Of a stretch of DNA of 26,042 bases, positions 24,652 to 26,042 are shown one piece after another (the first letter of the stretch is position 1; each line of letters begins with the position of its first letter). The notes beneath the pieces are model-generated. The model did no database searches and was not told where the DNA came from. It saw nothing but the letters and a program-made list of their open reading frames with translations. The position numbers were made by a program, and so were the translations under genes. Origin of the DNA: a virus. Taxonomy: Duplodnaviria > Caudoviricetes. The DNA lies in IMG/VR virus record IMGVR_UViG_3300025879_000094, positions 1 through 26,042 of that record, one strand, 5' to 3'.

Positions 24652-25762
24652 AAAAAAAATTACAGTAGTACAGGGCGGACAAGGAGCTAGTAAAACTTTC
24701 TCTATTTTGATGCTTTTAATTAACCACGCCTCTAGCAAAGAGGACCGAGAGATTTTAATACTATCCGCGGAGCTTACTAAAATGAGGCTAACCGTAATTA
24801 AGGACTTTGTTAAAATTATGAAACTATTCGGAATTTACGAGGAGTCTAGGTTTTTAGCTGGTACACTTTATAGGTTTAGAAACAACAGCTTTATAAAGTT
24901 TATAGGTTTAGACAAGTCGGACGCTGGGAAAGGTCTAAGGTCTGACGTAGCCTATTTTAACGAGGTGAACAAAATAGACTCAGAAACATACAGACAGGTA
25001 GCGAGTAGGACTAAAAAGGTTTACGCCGATTTTAACCCAGACGCTGAGTTTTTTATACATACCGAAATAGTGCCACGCTCCGACTGTGATTTTTTAAAAC
25101 TTACTTTTCAAGACAACGAAGAGCTAGACGAAGGAGAGCGAAACGAGATTTTAAGATACAAGGAACTAGGGTACAACGACAAGGGCGAGATTATAAACAA
25201 ATACTGGGCTAACAAATACAGGGTTTACGGACTCGGTGAAATAGGAAGTATAGACGGCGCAGTCTTCGAAAACTGGGAGGCTGTAGACTTTCCAGAGGGC
25301 GCTAGGCTACTTTACTACGGCTGTGATTTTGGTTTTGCTACTTCTAAATTTGCGGTCCTAGGGATCTATAACTATAACGGTGCAAAGTATTTAAAACAAT
25401 TTGTTTATAAAACTAACCTCACTAACCAGCAAGGCGCTAGCGAATTAAAAAAAATGGGCTACGACAAAGGCGTAGTTTACTGTGACAGCGCCGAGCCTAA
25501 AAGTATAAGAGAGCTACAGCTCGAAGGAATAAAAGCGGTTAAATGCGACAGCAAACAAGACATTAAAAACTACGCTATTCAGTCACTCAATCAAAGTACG
25601 TTTTACGTAGACAAAAACAGCGAGGACCTAATAGACGAATTACGCTACTACGTCTATGACGAAAAAACAGGCAAGGGAAAAAAATCGGACAGAGACCACT
25701 TAATAGACGCGTTACTTTACGCGGTGGGTACTGGTGAAAAATACACAGGAAAATATAGGTAA
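24608..25762 (+). CDS. terL: Terminase large subunit (PBSX/SPP1-like)
   Basis: Walker A QGGQGASKT, Walker B YFNE, DFNP coupling motif, TFQDN, VYGLG; nuclease motifs GCDFG, DSAEP and DHLIDA. Confidence 0.95.
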   Translation: MIRPTTALRKIASSKKKITVVQGGQGASKTFSILMLLINHASSKEDREILILSAELTKMRLTVIKDFVKIMKLFGIYEESRFLAGTLYRFRNNSFIKFIGLDKSDAGKGLRSDVAYFNEVNKIDSETYRQVASRTKKVYADFNPDAEFFIHTEIVPRSDCDFLKLTFQDNEELDEGERNEILRYKELGYNDKGEIINKYWANKYRVYGLGEIGSIDGAVFENWEAVDFPEGARLLYYGCDFGFATSKFAVLGIYNYNGAKYLKQFVYKTNLTNQQGASELKKMGYDKGVVYCDSAEPKSIRELQLEGIKAVKCDSKQDIKNYAIQSLNQSTFYVDKNSEDLIDELRYYVYDEKTGKGKKSDRDHLIDALLYAVGTGEKYTGKYR

Positions 25763-25765
25763 GCT

Positions 25766-26042
25766 ATGGAAGTTAAAATAATTAAAAACATAAATAAACT
25801 AGGTCTAGAGTACATACATTGTTACCACTTAATTAACGAGGTCGGCAAGAAATGGAAAATAGAGGACAAAATAAAATTAGTTAATTTATACACAAAAAAG
25901 GACCTAAGTAAAATTACAGCTAAGGACGTGAATAAACTTTTTGATATTATTGTAAAGGTCCTAGGTGACTATAAACAAAAAGAAATTCCTTTAAGCTATG
26001 AGTTTGAAGGCAAAGAGTACGAGCTGGTGACGGACTATTTTA
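25766..26042 (+). CDS. Hypothetical protein, 3'-truncated by the window edge
   Basis: ATG 3 nt after the terL stop; open to the end of the window (MEVKIIKNINKLGLEY...YEFEGKEYELVTDYL). Confidence 0.7.
   Translation, partial: MEVKIIKNINKLGLEYIHCYHLINEVGKKWKIEDKIKLVNLYTKKDLSKITAKDVNKLFDIIVKVLGDYKQKEIPLSYEFEGKEYELVTDYF

Noticed and set aside
16482-25894. DnaA-box-like TTATACACA at 16482, 22348 and 25886
   Set aside because: Scattered singletons inside coding regions of AT-rich DNA, not clustered in the putative origin.
1-26042. Stop-codon reassignment suggested by abundant TAG trinucleotides
   Set aside because: Genes are full length and densely packed under the standard code; TAG occurs out of frame and also serves as a normal stop (e.g. 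8831, 21187).

Overview
This window is most of the genome of a tailed (siphovirus-like) dsDNA phage. Every credible gene lies on the + strand. The host is probably a Bacteroidota (Flavobacteria-like) bacterium, inferred from TTTG-N18/19-TAnnTTTG promoters, A-rich translation starts without Shine-Dalgarno sequences, and the gene families present. Gene order: tail and tail-fibre genes, tandem-LamG adhesin, tape measure, XkdF-like prohead protease/scaffold, major capsid, tail tube, portal (with fused winged-helix and Cys/His domains), head-tail genes, holin/amidase/putative unimolecular spanin, DEDDy exonuclease plus DUF1599-like protein, early genes (Zn-finger, HTH, DnaA-domain-IV-like, Gp157), SSB, a structured putative origin region, primase-helicase, SF2 helicase, VRR-NUC, sigma-like factor, TerS and TerL. 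No integrase, tRNA or CRISPR array was seen. The most unusual locus is 17310-17830. A 117-aa minimal protein-kinase-like gene with atypical codon use sits between two 49-bp direct repeats that duplicate the 3' end of the Gp157 gene. The second repeat runs into a T4-gene-32-like H-type pseudoknot just upstream of the SSB gene. All family calls come from motif recognition by eye, not from database searches.
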